From: Eledone cirrhosa
Lineage: Eukaryota
Direction: 5' to 3'
NCBI GenBank assembly: GCA_964016885.1
Contig: OZ024740.1
Location: 36,270,001-36,334,000, forward strand
Length of the DNA: 64,000 nt
Shown: piece by piece, positions 14,730 through 29,790 of the stretch
How positions within the stretch are numbered: position 1 is the stretch's first letter
Layout: each line of letters begins with the position of its first letter
Notes under the pieces: model-generated
What the model was told of the DNA's origin: nothing
The model's input: only the letters and a program-made list of their open reading frames with translations
The model's database searches: none
Translations under genes and position numbers: made by a program

Positions 14730-14792
<63 letters not shown>

Positions 14793-14815
14793 CATACATA
14801 TATTCATGTGTACAC
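14180..14815. repeat. Complex TA/CA microsatellite
   Basis: Directly visible. Confidence 0.95.
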
Positions 14816-14870
14816 ATAAGAAGAGGGGGGGGGGTGTTAGTGAAATGGAATCTTACCTCCGAGTGTTAAT

Positions 14871-16158
14871 TCATTCTTTCGTGTTCAGTAGTGGTTTAAA
14901 TTTTTCAATGAAGAATTCTTCTTTATGTCTGCGGAAATGTTCGTTATCCGACCATATCTTGAAGAAAGGGAAGATTGTGAATTTTCCCTTCCCGCATGAT
15001 GCAAAGTGTGTGCTACATGTGGTATTTCTGACTGTGGGGTCTTTAATTTGTTGTTTATGTACCCGGACTCTATCATGTAGTCCCGTTCCGGTTTCCCCAA
15101 TGTGATACTCTTTACACTGTGGACATGTTGCGCAATATATTAGGTTTTTCGTTTTGCAGTTCAAGTTTGCATTGACCTTGAAATTATCATGGTTTTTGAA
15201 GGACAACTGTTTGCCCTCTTCGATGAGTTCACAGGTTCCACATCTAGGGTCCCCGCATTTCGTCACTTGCATTGATTCCATGTTGGTCATAAATTTTGCC
15301 TTGGTAATTAGTTTTTTAAGGTTGGGTGCTTGGCGTCTGCTATAAATTATCTGTGTGTTTTTTAAAAGTGCATTCATTTTGGTAGATTGCTGTAGAATCG
15401 GGAGATACTGCCTAGCAGTTTTCACAATGTTGACGTTCCCTGGGTTGTGAGTGATGACAAAAGAGATAGCAGGATTTTCTTTTTTATGTTGTGGGTTTGG
15501 TTTTCTCAGTGTTGTTATTGGGATGTTCTTAGCCTTGGAGATGGCTGCGTTGATGAGTTTCATCGGGTATTCTTGTTTTTTAAGGAATTTTTTCAGGTCA
15601 CATAATCTTTTTTCTTGTAGTACGGGGTGTGTTGCTATAGTGCAGATGCGCCTTGCCATGTTGAAGGAAATGTTCCTTTTCGTATGTGAGGGGTGTGCTG
15701 ACCGGAAATTTAAGTATTGGTGTGTGTCAGTGGGTTTGCAAAATAGGTCCGTTATGATATTTTCCCCTTCTTTAATGATGAGGATATCTAGAAAGGGCAG
15801 TTCCTTTTCGTTACATTCCATAGTGAATTGTATAGATTCATGAAGCCTGTTTAAGATCGAATAAAATTTTTGTAGGTCTGTTTGGCTTCTGTTCCAGAAG
15901 ATGAAGCAGTCATCTAGATAACGTTTCCAGTTTTTATTAATGTAGAAGGCGAAGTCGTTACTGAATGTTATCTGTAGTTGGGAATATAATTTTGCCTCTA
16001 AGTGACCCATAACGAGCGTTGCATATGTAGGGGGCCACTTTGGTTCCCATGGCTGTTCCTTTTATTTGTAGATAAAGTTCGTTGTCAAAGAGGAAGTGGT
16101 TATTTTCCAATACTAATTTAAGTCCTTCCAAGATGAATTCTTTGGGGAATCTTTCTGA

Positions 16159-16160
<2 letters not shown>
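14871..16160 (-). pseudogene. 5'-truncated Neptune-like PLE RT/GIY-YIG
   Basis: GTAMGTKVAP, KRYLDD, LPFLD, KPTD, CGDPRCGTC linker, LIYC..HIGETG. There is a frameshift near 16010. Confidence 0.88.
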
Positions 16161-16201
<41 letters not shown>

Positions 16202-16458
16202 AATATATACACACATAAATATATTTACATATCATACATAGATGTTTATTTTCACTCATGCAATTACGGGTGGCTGAGTATCTTGTTGCCTTTAGTCATT
16301 AACGCATAAATCTAAGGAAGCTAAAACATTAAAAAGCAAAAATAAGCATATAATTAGGGGAAAGAGGTACTAATAAATGTTATTCTATACCGAATTATAG
16401 TGAGTTGCTCTTTAGAATATTTAATTAGGTTTATAGTATTTAATTAGGTTTATAGTAT

Positions 16459-19122
16459 TTAATTAGGTTTATAGTATTTAAATGTTTTTCGCATACGGTG
16501 ATTACAGACTATGATCAATTCCTGTGTTTTATTTAATAAATCGTCCTTAGATTTAGTAATTTCCAAGATCTCTCCTGAACATAATCCGCATTCCCTCCTG
16601 TTTCCAAGATATGGAGTTTTTTGTAGAATGGTGTTCCACGATAACTTAAAATCTATTTTTTTCTTTTTATAATTATTTACCGCTTCAGCTGAAGATGTGG
16701 TGTTAGCTAGTTTAGTATTGTTGAAACTACTAGAGTGTGCGTACAATCTTTTGTTAAATGTGTTTGATGTAGATCCTATATATGTTTTGTTGGAGTCTGT
16801 AGTAGACACAGTGCATTTATATACTACATTATTTATCAAGCAGTTTCCATTTAAGGGGCAAATGCTTCTATTTCTGCAATTACAGCTATACCTAAGATGG
16901 TTTTTTTTTTTGGGGGGGGGGGGGGGCTATACTATTCTCATTTATTCATGAGCTATTCCTATTGTAATTAATGATAGCAGGAGAATGAAGGTTGCTTTGT
17001 GGGTGGTTTGGTGCTCGAGTTGTATTGTAATTTTGTGTTCTGTTGTTTTTGTGTTGGTGATTTGGGTGGTTGTGTTTTCTAGGTTGAAGGATTGTATTAT
17101 TTGTCTTTTAAATAGGTGCAGTCCTATTTAAATTATGTTGCGGTGGTGTAGTCATATTATTTTTAAGTTTATAAATGTTGTAGTTGCTTATTTTTTGTTT
17201 GAGATTGTTTGATGTAGAGTATGAGTATTTGACAGTATATTTGCTAAATATTCGGTGGTATCTGTGGTTTGGTGGAAAATGTTTATGTAGTATTTCAAAG
17301 AATTTTTTGGGGATTTGTCCAATAGTTTGCAGGTTGAAGGGTGTGTTGTACCATGTTATGTTTCTTTTGCGGTTTTTAGTTAAGTTTTTATTATCCTTTA
17401 TATTATTGTGTTGTGTTCTAGAAGAGTTCTTATGGTTAGTGTCCTTATTTGTGGAATTTGGCAAATCATCGTGGTCGTATTTGGTGTTATTTTGGGGTAG
17501 ATTATGAGATTTCGAGTGCTTGGTATTCATATGTGGGTTGATAACATTGGTCATAGATCGTGTAGTAATAGTTGCTGTGGTTTTTCGGTTGTTTGGTGTA
17601 ATAGGAATAACCACTTTAGGTATTTGTTTCAATGATATTTTTTGGTGTTTGTTAGGTTTTGTTTTGGTCCATAGTAGTGTTGGGGATATATGAGATTTTC
17701 TTTTTATATCCACTTCTAGTTAAGGCTTCGTTGTAGAAGGGTGCATTATTATAAAATATATCTTCATTGGAAGATAATTTAGAAAGTCTAAGAGAAATGT
17801 CATATACTAAGTTCTTGAGTATAGAGCCTGGGTGGTTAGATCGTGAATGTACATAATGTAGATTCTGGTTAGGTTTGTGGTATGGTTGATAAGTATTCGT
17901 AGAGAGATCTATGGTAACATCAAGGAAATTAGCTACTTTTGAAGTGTTTTCAAAAGTGATGTTAAGGCTGTAATAGTCCTTGAGGAATTTTCTAATTTGC
18001 TTTTTGTTCTTCTCTATATTGGAATTGTTAAGATTGTTAGATAACAATAGACAATCATCCCAATAAAGACCACCTTTGAGGTGGGGAAAAGAGTCATTAA
18101 TGTTATAGAGGAGAAATAATCCAACGAGGTCTGTAACTTGAGCAGAGTCCATGGATCCCATCGTAATATCGAATAAGTTGTTATACGTATTTCTTGTCCA
18201 ATATTTATCTTGGAAGTTTAGTAAGGTTTTTTTAGCGTGAGTTATGATGTTGATTTCCTCAGTAGATAAATCCGATCTATTTCTGGCAAAGATCAGTGCT
18301 TTGTATAAAAGAATTGTAGAAATCGAAGAATAGTAGGAATCGATGTCGAATTGAATGAATGAAGCTGAGTTTTTATTCTCAATGCTAGTAAACCATTTGA
18401 TAACTTGGGAAGTGTTATCCCATAGTGGATGCGTTACAAATTTTCTAATTTGCGGAATGATACGATCAATAATCTTTTTGCTGATATTAGCGATATCAGA
18501 TTTTGATGGGCATATCAGTCTAATAGATGGGCTCGAGTTAAAGTCAGATTTATGGTCTTTCGGGTTGAAGTGCGGGCTTTTAGGTGTGAAAGGCTCCGCC
18601 CTATCTTCAATCTGGAGCTTTTTTACTATATCACATGATATGTTGTTCAAGGATGTTACTGCCGTGGTATTTACTTTCTTATAGTTCTTTCTAAGTTCTT
18701 TATATATGAACTGGTTATATTTATCGATATCCATATGGTACAAGTTACCAGTTTTGTCAGAATGGACATGGACCTTTTTTGAATTTTTCAGCTCTAGAAG
18801 GGTAGAGTTCAATCGCTTTTGGAATTCTGATTTGTTTTCTGAACTTTATGTTTTTAATCAAATTCAGTAGGGCGCTCTCAAAATTTTCCAGATGAATATT
18901 ATGAGGAGGATTTTTATATGTTTTGAATCCATCGCGGTACTTCATTTCATTTGTATTAGCTTTGTTGTCAAAATGATAGCCCCCCCCCCCCCCCCCCCCC
19001 CACCACCACCATCTCATTCTCCTAATAAATTGGTTAGTTCTTTGTATGAGTAAGAGTAGATATTGATCTTTAGGTGGAATTGGAATATTCTTCAACGAAG
19101 TACCCAAATATTGTTTTTCCAT
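16459..19122 (-). pseudogene. Hydra-clade-like PLE RT/GIY-YIG, frameshifted
   Basis: SLKNIP, DKTGNLY, FIQFDI, GLYWDD, WYNTPF, CNCRNRSICPL, VVYKC..YIGST, CGLC. Confidence 0.85.
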
Positions 19123-19203
19123 TGTGATACAGGAATTAGATAAAAAAAGAGCTCAACTAAATATTATAATCAATTATGAAAAATATATTAAAGGAGCAAA
19201 ATG

Positions 19204-19928
19204 CACAGAGGTATCCACTGTAAGTTGTGGGGTCTATTATGTATGAAGAACTCAATGTAATCCATATGTTGAAAATGTTGTAGGTTAAGATAAATCTCAG
19301 AAAACAATAAAACATTAAAAGGAAAACAGAGTCATGATATAAGTTAAAACAATGAAATAAAAAATCAAGTCATTAGAGATATACTTCACTGCTTTACGAT
19401 CGTTTCTAGATGGTGATAATACATTGTATCTAATTGTATCTATACTCAGTTATTGATCTATGTAAGTTTACAAACTATCAGATAGAGAGAATATTTACTT
19501 GCATGCATATCACCAGCTGTTTTCAAAAGCAATAATAATTTTACTCAGAATTAGTATCATGTCCATATTTGGAGGTAATTGAAGAACTAACGAATCAAAT
19601 TGTTTTTTTTCATATGATGTTAAGATGAAAAGTAATACACTATAGTTGAGGTCATGACCCTTTGAAAGGAATGGTTGAAAGGTGTTAGTAGAAATGGGAT
19701 AAAAATCTAGTGGGAAGGAAGGGGATTGTCAAACTGATAGTTGAATGTATCTTGTATAGTGAATTTAAAAGGAATGTTCATTGTTTTAACTTAAATCATA
19801 ACTCTGTTTTCCTTTTAATGTTTTATTGTTTTCTGAGATTTATCTTAACCTACAACATTTTCAACATATGGATTACATTGAGTTCTTCATACAGAATAGA
19901 CCCCACAACTTACAGTGGATACCTCTGT
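19204..19928. repeat. 5' pLTR with inverted partial pLTR (arms 19204-19355 / 19777-19928)
   Basis: ~150-bp inverted repeat directly upstream of the minus-strand ORF start at 19122. Confidence 0.85.
19389..19532 (-). ncRNA. Type I hammerhead, U3-A8 core, long stem II
   Basis: UUGCUU-UUGAAAA..GAAACGAUCGUA-AAGCAG; copy of 2478-2610. Confidence 0.75.
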
Positions 19929-19950
19929 ATATATATATATATATATATAT

Positions 19951-20545
19951 ACGTTATTCCGGGTTGAATCGGAGGTAACCACAGTAAGTAAGGTACTCAA
20001 TACATAGCAGAGTATAAAAGTTTTAATATAGATGAGATTCTACAGGACTAGAACTGTTTCATTCTTTAGAATTCATCAGGAATCTGGGTATCAAAAAATA
20101 AATATGGTATTTATAGGCTTCTTCAGGTGGTAGGAGAGGGTAGGGGGTGGGATGGGTAGAGGTCGTTGGTTGATAGAAAAGGGAATTCATTAAAAGCTAA
20201 TTCTTTAAAGCTATAATTTATATTTAGAGTAACAAAGGCAGAAAGAATTCTATAAACAAGTTCAGAATGGGGTGCCACTCCTTATTTTAAGTTTCTCTTA
20301 AGCTAACAATGCCTATATTTCTGGTGTCTATAAGATCGTTGAGGGTCAGTCATAGTTGATGGATTTAAAGAAAAGGGAAATTCTTTAAAAGCTAATTCTT
20401 TAAGGTTCTACTTGGAGTGACAAAGGCCTAGAGAATTCTATAGACCAGTTCAAAATATTGAGTGCCTATCATACCATTATCTTCAAGTTTCTCTTAAGCT
20501 ATATTCCAAATGTCAACAGACACACTCACACACGCGGCCCCCCCC
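19951..20545 (-). mobile_element. Non-coding hammerhead-bearing pLTR/3' UTR element (inverted copy at 29800-30345)
   Basis: Reverse-complement match to 29800-30345, with an internal ~190-bp imperfect duplication. Confidence 0.75.
20036..20084 (-). ncRNA. Type I hammerhead, canonical core
   Basis: GAUUC-CUGAUGA-AUUC(UAAA)GAAU-GAA-ACAG..CUGU-A-GAAUC. Confidence 0.85.
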
Positions 20546-20546
20546 A

Positions 20547-20651
<105 letters not shown>

Positions 20652-20751
20652 TCACATGCAGAGTACTATAATAATGCCCTAGCTAACTCTGGTTACTCTG
20701 GTAAAATACGTTATAATGAGAACAACCTTAGAAAGTCTCCGTTTACCCATA

Positions 20752-20940
20752 ATAATAATTGTTTCTACTTTAGGCACAAGGCCAGCAAATTACCCAGTGC
20801 ATTACTGGTACTTTATTTTATCGACCCCGTAAGGATGAAAGGCAAAGTCAACCTCGGCGGGATTTGAACTCAGATCATAAAGGGACGTAACTATGCTGGA
20901 AAGCATGGCGTCCGACCCTCTACCGATACTGCCAATCCAC
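20752..20940 (-). mobile_element. tRNA-derived SINE
   Basis: A box TGGCAGTATCGG, B box GAGTTCAAATCC, core GCCTTTCATCC..GGGGTCGATAAAATAAAGTACC, (TTA)n tail; many copies in the window. Confidence 0.85.
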
Positions 20941-20949
20941 CATAATAAT

Positions 20950-23790
20950 AATAACGTAATTTCCCATAATATGGCCATGAATGGGAGTAGAAAGTATAAG
21001 AATCGTAGAAATCCCATAGGTGTATCCGAACCCATCCATAGGTTAAGCTACCGTAATCGTAATAGTGAGTCTAATGGTACACTTTTCGGGATTAGTTCTA
21101 GGGAACAAGTTAGGCACTCTGATCGCTCACCCAGTGGTAATGTTTTTACTAATTCTAATAGTGTTGTTTCAACTGATCCTGGTAGTAGCCCTAATCCTAT
21201 TGATATAATTCCAGATAACAGTAGATATACTAAAGGTAGAAACAGAAGGAGACTCAATGGGGTTTTGGCTGCTTCTAATAATGTTGTTTCAACTAGTCCT
21301 CGTAGTAACCCTGATCCTATTAGTGGGATACTGGATAACGGTAGAGTTCGTAAGGATATAAATAGGAGGAGACTCAATACTTATTTTAACCCGCTTATGA
21401 TCATGAGTATTAACTAACATCCCCAGGTCTTTCTTTTCTATCTTAGAGAAAAATTTCCCTCCTACTAATAAAAATGTAATTAAACTATCATTCTCTGCCA
21501 CCCCTAATATTAGTTCTCATTTATCTAGCACTAACAATAAGAAAATTGGGGACAGCTACTCCTCTTTGCGTACTACTAGTCTTGATAGATCCATTAATGC
21601 CTTACCACCTGAGCAGACCTTATCTTATAATAACCCTAGAAGTGATGCATCACTCATTCAGCCGGTCAATAGCACTCGGAAGTGTAACTGTAGAGTAAGT
21701 GTTAACTGCCCTTTGAGTGGTCACTGCCTCTCTGGGAACATTGTTTATGCTTGTGAAGTTAAGACTAATTCTTCTAATGGCACATATATAGGCTCCACAT
21801 CTAATACTTTTAAAACTAGGTTTAATTCTCATATCTCTAATTTTAAGCATGTTAGGTTTAAGAACTCTACTTCTTTGGCACACCATATCTGGGATCTTAA
21901 AGGGGCTGGCATGCCATATAGCGTTAATTGGCGTATAGCAGCACGCTCTAATAACCTGTCAACACACACTAGGTTCTGTAATCTCTGTATCTTAGAGACC
22001 CACTCTATAATTTTCTCTAGGGAAGTTTTGCTTAATGGAAAGTATGAGATGTTTTCTTCCGGCCCCATGCCGTTTCTGATTCTTTCTTCTATTGTGGACC
22101 TAAAAGTTCTGGTGGTTTAAATCGTATCCATTAGCTGATATATTTCCTTATCTTTTTTGTTTAGGTTCATTTTGATTACCATCATCTTTATTATTATTGG
22201 TTTTCTGCGGCTTTTCGATTTTAGTTTCCATGGTCTTTTGGCTACCATACCCTGTCTATCGTCTTGGGCATTATTATAGTTTCACTACTAACACCTTATG
22301 AGTTTATATCTTATTAAATACTTTGGTTGGAGTCTTATTCAACTAATGTACCTCCTCCTCTACACACTTAATATCCGCCCCTTCTATTATACTATATATA
22401 AATTTCACCTTTATGCTCCTTTTATGATATTATATAATATATTGATTTTACTTTTATGCTCCTTCCTATCCTTCATAACCTCTCTTCTTTCTGTTCCCAT
22501 TGGTCTACCATAGTTCTATTTAGAGTCCTTTTATTTGATAACGTTATTCGACTGAACGGAGCATATTTTACTCTATTCTTGATAATTTTATTGAAATATC
22601 TCAAACTTATACGTTTTTGATGACTTAAACTCTAATCAATTTTGAAGTGACTAAATATGTATTTTAAATACTTTTAATATTAATTAATTTAAAAAGGTTT
22701 TCTAGTCAATTCGCCGCTTACATTTCTATCTCTTCTTTTACTTAACCGCTTGTGACAGCTAAGTAAATATACTTGTTTTTGTTTTTCGATCTTCGGTTTG
22801 TTTTATTTAATTTTTTTTACTACCACACGCTGTTCATTAATATATGTCTGTGTATGTCAACCACGTAAATATATATATTAAGCATTTCCTTAGACTCTGT
22901 TTGATATTTGATATTAACGTGTTATATCATATCATTTTTATGTAATCGTATTATAGATTTTAATATATGTTATTTGAAGTACTGTTCTGTTATATTTTGT
23001 AATATTTTGTGATGTTTTGGTAATATTTATGCCAATGTAAAATGACTTGACCTCCGTGTATTTGTAGCAATGGTATAGATATTTTTTCAACACAATTTTT
23101 TCAACACAATTTAGTTCTATATGATTTTTTTCTTACCCTGTGTAAAACTTTATACTATTTGTTAACCTTGAATTTTATATATGATGTAATTTTGTATATC
23201 TTTTGATGCCAATATATTATAATATTGTTATTATAATGTTATTATAATGTTTTTATATTGTTTATGCACACTGACAGGGAATTATATATTATATTTTATT
23301 TTTATTTTTATCTTTATTCTTATTTTTATCTATATTATATTATACTGTAAACAATATATATATATATATTTACATACTTAATAAGTGTTAGTTTGTGTTT
23401 GTACTAATGTATATATGTATAGATATATATATATATATACATATATTAAGCTTTTTAATATCACCATCTATTATATTATATTATATTCTATATCGTACTG
23501 TAACTCTCGCATTATATTTCCATTTGTGTTTCAAGTTTTTGCATTATACAATATTTACAATGTGGGTTCAACATGTTAATCACTTCCTTGCTATTTGGTC
23601 TGTATCTATGTTTGTAACTGCTCACTCTTAATCTTAGCCAACTTTTCCTTGATATCCTTCCTAGGCTTTAATAGATGTATACTCCATATTCTTCTGAGTT
23701 TTTGGCTTGTATTGGCCGATAGTGCTTCTTCTAGCTTTACTTGCCCTGATGAGTCCTTAATAGGACGAAACATTGTTGGCTAATAAAGAC
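20950..23790 (+). mobile_element. 5'-truncated Hydra-like PLE: linker, GIY-YIG (21566-22120), 1.6-kb AT-rich 3' UTR, terminal hammerhead
   Basis: CNCRVSVNCPLSGHCL, IVYAC..YIGST, CNLC; hammerhead at 23743. Confidence 0.8.
23743..23780 (+). ncRNA. Minimal type I hammerhead
   Basis: GCC-CUGAUGA-GUCCU(UAAU)AGGAC-GAAACAUUGUU-GGC, followed by UAAUAAAG. Confidence 0.85.
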
Positions 23791-23826
23791 TTTGATGTAT
23801 TGAAGGCTTCTTTGGTTTATTTTTAA

Positions 23827-23886
<60 letters not shown>

Positions 23887-23951
23887 TATATATATATGCA
23901 TACACAGACATACACACATACATGCATACATATACAAATACATATACATAT

Positions 23952-24002
<51 letters not shown>

Positions 24003-24012
24003 AACGAATAGG

Positions 24013-24108
24013 ACCCCGACGGCTGAGCTCAAGCCGTTTCGACGGCTAATTCTGGACTAAATGAACATTTTTATCCTGGTATTTGAATAGCCAAGCTTCT
24101 GAAGGGGT
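24013..24108 (-). ncRNA. Hammerhead, U3-A8 core with G5C substitution
   Basis: ACCCC-UUCAGAA-G..GGCUA..UAGCC..C-GAA-ACGGC..GCCGU-C-GGGGU; 3' halves also at 1853-1883 and 29225-29340. Confidence 0.65.
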
Positions 24109-24474
24109 AATTCCATATATGGTAAAAGTGATTGTCACAAGGATTGGTCAAAAGTTTGTTGTTGAGACAATAATTCTATCATGGCAATTTGTGGAGGGAA
24201 GGGGTAGCTGAACCTGCCAGTAGGAGAAAGTGGGAGAGGGAGTGGAGGAGACCCAGTCATGCGTTGATAGTGCCGACTACAGCTGGGCATGAGGTCAAAG
24301 AAGATACTAGGGAGGGGGAGGGGGAGGAAGTCGAAACAATAAGCAAAACAATATGGGGTAAATATATAGAAAAATACCGAGAGTGTTAAAAAGCAAATAA
24401 TAGTAAAAAAAGCAAATAGTATTGAGTACTTTGGTGCGTTATGGTCTACCTGGTTCCTTACCACATTTCCTCCG

Positions 24475-24519
<45 letters not shown>

Positions 24520-24652
24520 TATACATATATACATATACATATACACACATACATATACATACATACATATATATATATATATACATATATACACGTATAT
24601 ACACATATATATGAATATATATATATATACATACATATACATATATATATAC

Positions 24653-24730
<78 letters not shown>

Positions 24731-24812
24731 AATGCACATACACATACACACATACACATACATATATACACATATACACACACATATACACACACATACA
24801 CACATACACAAA

Positions 24813-25730
24813 CCTATCGAGTCCCTTAGATATATTAATGTTAATTCTAAACACCCTAAAAACATCACTGATAACTTAGTAAAAAGCGTCTCTATTAGAA
24901 TCTCTGGCCTCTCTGCCAACGAAGATATTTTTAACGCCTCTGCCTCCTACTACAATGACGCCCTCGCCCGCAGCGGATTTAAAGAAAAGATAAGTTACCT
25001 AGAAACCACCGCAAGTTGCAGAGGAGGAATAGGCATAGGCAGATTAGCTGGTACAACCCTCCCTTCAATAGAGAGGTCTCTACACCGATAGCTAGGATTT
25101 TCTTCACTTTGCTGAAAACACACTTCCCCATACAACATAGGTACTACACCATCTTTAATAAGAACACAATAAGACTCTCCTACTCCATCACACCTAGCCT
25201 AGCTAGGAATATAGCCAACCACAATTCTAAAAAATTAAATAAGCCAACCACCTCTGAACCTAATCCCCGGACTGGGGCATTGTTAATTGCCTAAATGAGG
25301 AAGCCTGCCCACTTGCAAACAAATGCCTGACAAATGATATCGTATACAAATGCGATGTCATCTCAGACACCGATGATTGCAATAACAAAAAGACTTACAT
25401 TGGCATTACTTCCAATAATTTAAGACCCGTTGGTGTGCCCAAACCCAGTCCTTCAGAAGGCCGGACAAATCAAACCAGACAACACTCGCCTCCTATGTTT
25501 GGGACCTCAAAAGGAACTCCACCCCCTTCACGCTTAAATGGAAAATACTCCAGAGAGCGCGCTCTTACAACGGAGGACACAAGGGCTGCGACCTTTGTAT
25601 CTGAGAGAGCTACGAAATTTTATTCGCCTAGGGCCCGCTACTGAACAAACTCTCTGAACATTGCCCGAACTGCATGCACAAGAACTTTGCAAGTTTCAAA
25701 TAACTTAAGCCAGTGTTAATGCCCGATGGC
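24813..25730 (+). pseudogene. Hydra-like PLE 3' fragment (RT thumb + GIY-YIG), degenerate
   Basis: [31 protein letters not shown]; paralog of 60560-61530. Confidence 0.85.
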
Positions 25731-25892
25731 TAAAAACGACTTCATCCTTTTAGCCCCTCTACCTCCTTCCCACCCCACCTCACTCCTCCTCAACCTGAAA
25801 TACGGGCACTATGGTTATGTGAGTACATCTTACATATTTACATGTTCTGCCTGTAGAGCTGTTTTTATGTGCCTGTGTATATTTATGAGTAC

Positions 25893-27131
<1,239 letters not shown>

Positions 27132-27136
<5 letters not shown>

Positions 27137-27652
27137 ACTAGAGATTGATTAAAATATAAATATACATGAATAATCACAGGAGATAATTTTTGCTCGCGTG
27201 TAACCACGTATAGCTAGTATAGGTAATATTTACCTTTAGGAGTGATTAACCTTTCCTTGTATATATCTCATTAAAGAAATATATTCCACCAATTAATCAG
27301 ATGGTAAGTCACGGAAAGTGGATATTATTGGATTGTCAACAAGGAAAGTGTAATAATTTCCAGCTATTCGTCCTTACAGAGTGAGTTCAAATCTTCAACT
27401 AGCCGTCACCACGTGTTGCGTCCACAAAAGATAGCGGTTTCGTTTCAGTGGCGTGAATAGGTATTCGACAACTAGAAACAGCAGTCAAATTCTCTTCAAC
27501 AGAAATAGCTCTACAATTAAGGAGCCGTAATATATATATCACTCTTAAAGGTAAATATTACCTATACTAGCTATGCGTGGTTACACGCGAGCAAAAATTA
27601 TCTCCAGTGATTATTCATGTATATTTATATGTTAATCAATCTCTAGTTATTA
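27132..27652. mobile_element. Fold-back non-coding element, ~115-bp inverted arms (27132-27246 / 27538-27652) enclosing a hammerhead
   Basis: taataactagagattgatt..gagtgat is mirrored. Confidence 0.85.
27251..27348 (-). ncRNA. Hammerhead, U3-A8 core, A13G substitution
   Basis: CUUUCCUUG-UUGACAA-UCCAAU..AUUGGU-GGA-AUAUAUUUC..GAGAUAUAU-A-CAAGGAAAG. Confidence 0.72.
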
Positions 27653-27777
27653 TAATATGCTCGGATTTATCTTTGAGCTTAAATTCCCAGGATATATGGC
27701 GCATGCATTTTGACATGACACCCATGATTTTGATTTAGATTAAATTCATTTAATTCATTTTATCTTAATTTGGATTC

Positions 27778-28360
<583 letters not shown>

Positions 28361-28735
28361 ATGTATGTATATGTATATGTATATGTATATATTTATATAT
28401 GTATATATGTTTAAGTTCTGGTATATCAAATTATTACCATAGAACCACCTTAAATCATAGACACACTATATATTTCCGGGGGTACATTGTACCCTCAGAT
28501 ATATATTAACCTTATTCAATAATCTCCAGTATGTAGAGATAAATCTTTGTTGTTCTATCTAGTTACTAAAAATCTTTTTTTAGTGGCGATTATAGACGGC
28601 GAGTCTACGATATCCCGCCTTCACTATACACCAATGTATTTACGGGTCACTTTACGACCTTTTAGACCTGTATTAGTTGGAGTGAGGTCATATATTTTGT
28701 CGTTCCTGGGGTTTTTAACCCTAGGACAGGAAAAT

Positions 28736-28816
28736 GCTTCTCTGATGATCGTTGCTTTTCCATTAATATCCTCGTGATATTTAATGTTTTGCACCATGAA
28801 ACTGTACAGTTAGGGC
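28736..28816 (+). ncRNA. Type I hammerhead
   Basis: GCUUCU-CUGAUGA-U..CAUUAAUAUC/GAUAUUUAAUG..U-GAA-ACUGUACAGU-U-AGGGC. Confidence 0.65.
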
Positions 28817-29060
28817 CATTTGAATAGGTAAATATTTATATTATATTTTTTAATTTTGATTAATTTTAATTGTATATTAATTTTGATTTATTTGAAGAAT
28901 TGGTTGAATTTTACTTGTTCAGCTTATCTTGTTATATATATATATATGTATATATATATGTGTGTATGAGTGTATGTGTGTATATGTGTATATGTGTATA
29001 TATATATATATGTGTATATATGTGGATATATGCATACGTGTATATATGTATATATATGTG

Positions 29061-29158
<98 letters not shown>

Positions 29159-29224
29159 TATATATACATATATATATATATGTATATATATATGTATATA
29201 TATGTGTGTATATATATATATATA

Positions 29225-29416
29225 TAGGAACCAGTAAGACCCCGACAGCTGAGCTCAAGCCGTTTCGACGGCTAATTCTAGTCCAGAATTAGCCGTCGAA
29301 ACGGCTTGAGCTCAGCTGTCGGGGTCTTACTGGTTCCTATTACCCACTCTACTACCTCAAGTATTGAGTACTTTGGTGCGTTATGGTCCACCTGGTTCCT
29401 TACCACATTTCCTTCG

Positions 29417-29420
<4 letters not shown>
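29225..29420 (+). mobile_element. Mini fold-back element: near-perfect ~115-bp palindrome of a hammerhead 3' half plus terminal tail
   Basis: ggaaccagtaagaccccgac..aattcta|gtccagaatt..cttactggttcc; the tail is shared with 24419-24477. Confidence 0.85.
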
Positions 29421-29494
<74 letters not shown>

Positions 29495-29703
29495 ATATAT
29501 GTGTTTATATATATGTATATATATATGTATATGTGTATATATGTGTGTGTGTATGTATATATATATATATGTATGTGTGTATTTGTATATATATATGTAT
29601 ATGTGTGTATGTATACATATATGCGTGTGTGTATATATGTATATATATGTATATATATGTATTTATATATGTATATATGTGTATATATATATATATCTAT
29701 ATT

Positions 29704-29734
<31 letters not shown>

Positions 29735-29751
29735 ATATGTGTATATATATA

Positions 29752-29790
<39 letters not shown>

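Noticed and set aside
16459-19122. Selenoprotein-coding, N-terminal-endonuclease (Naiad-type) PLE
   Set aside because: All PLEs here have a C-terminal endonuclease, and the breaks are frameshifts rather than in-frame UGA at Cys positions.
20752-20940. tRNA gene
   Set aside because: A and B boxes are present, but there is no cloverleaf; it is the head of a multi-copy SINE.
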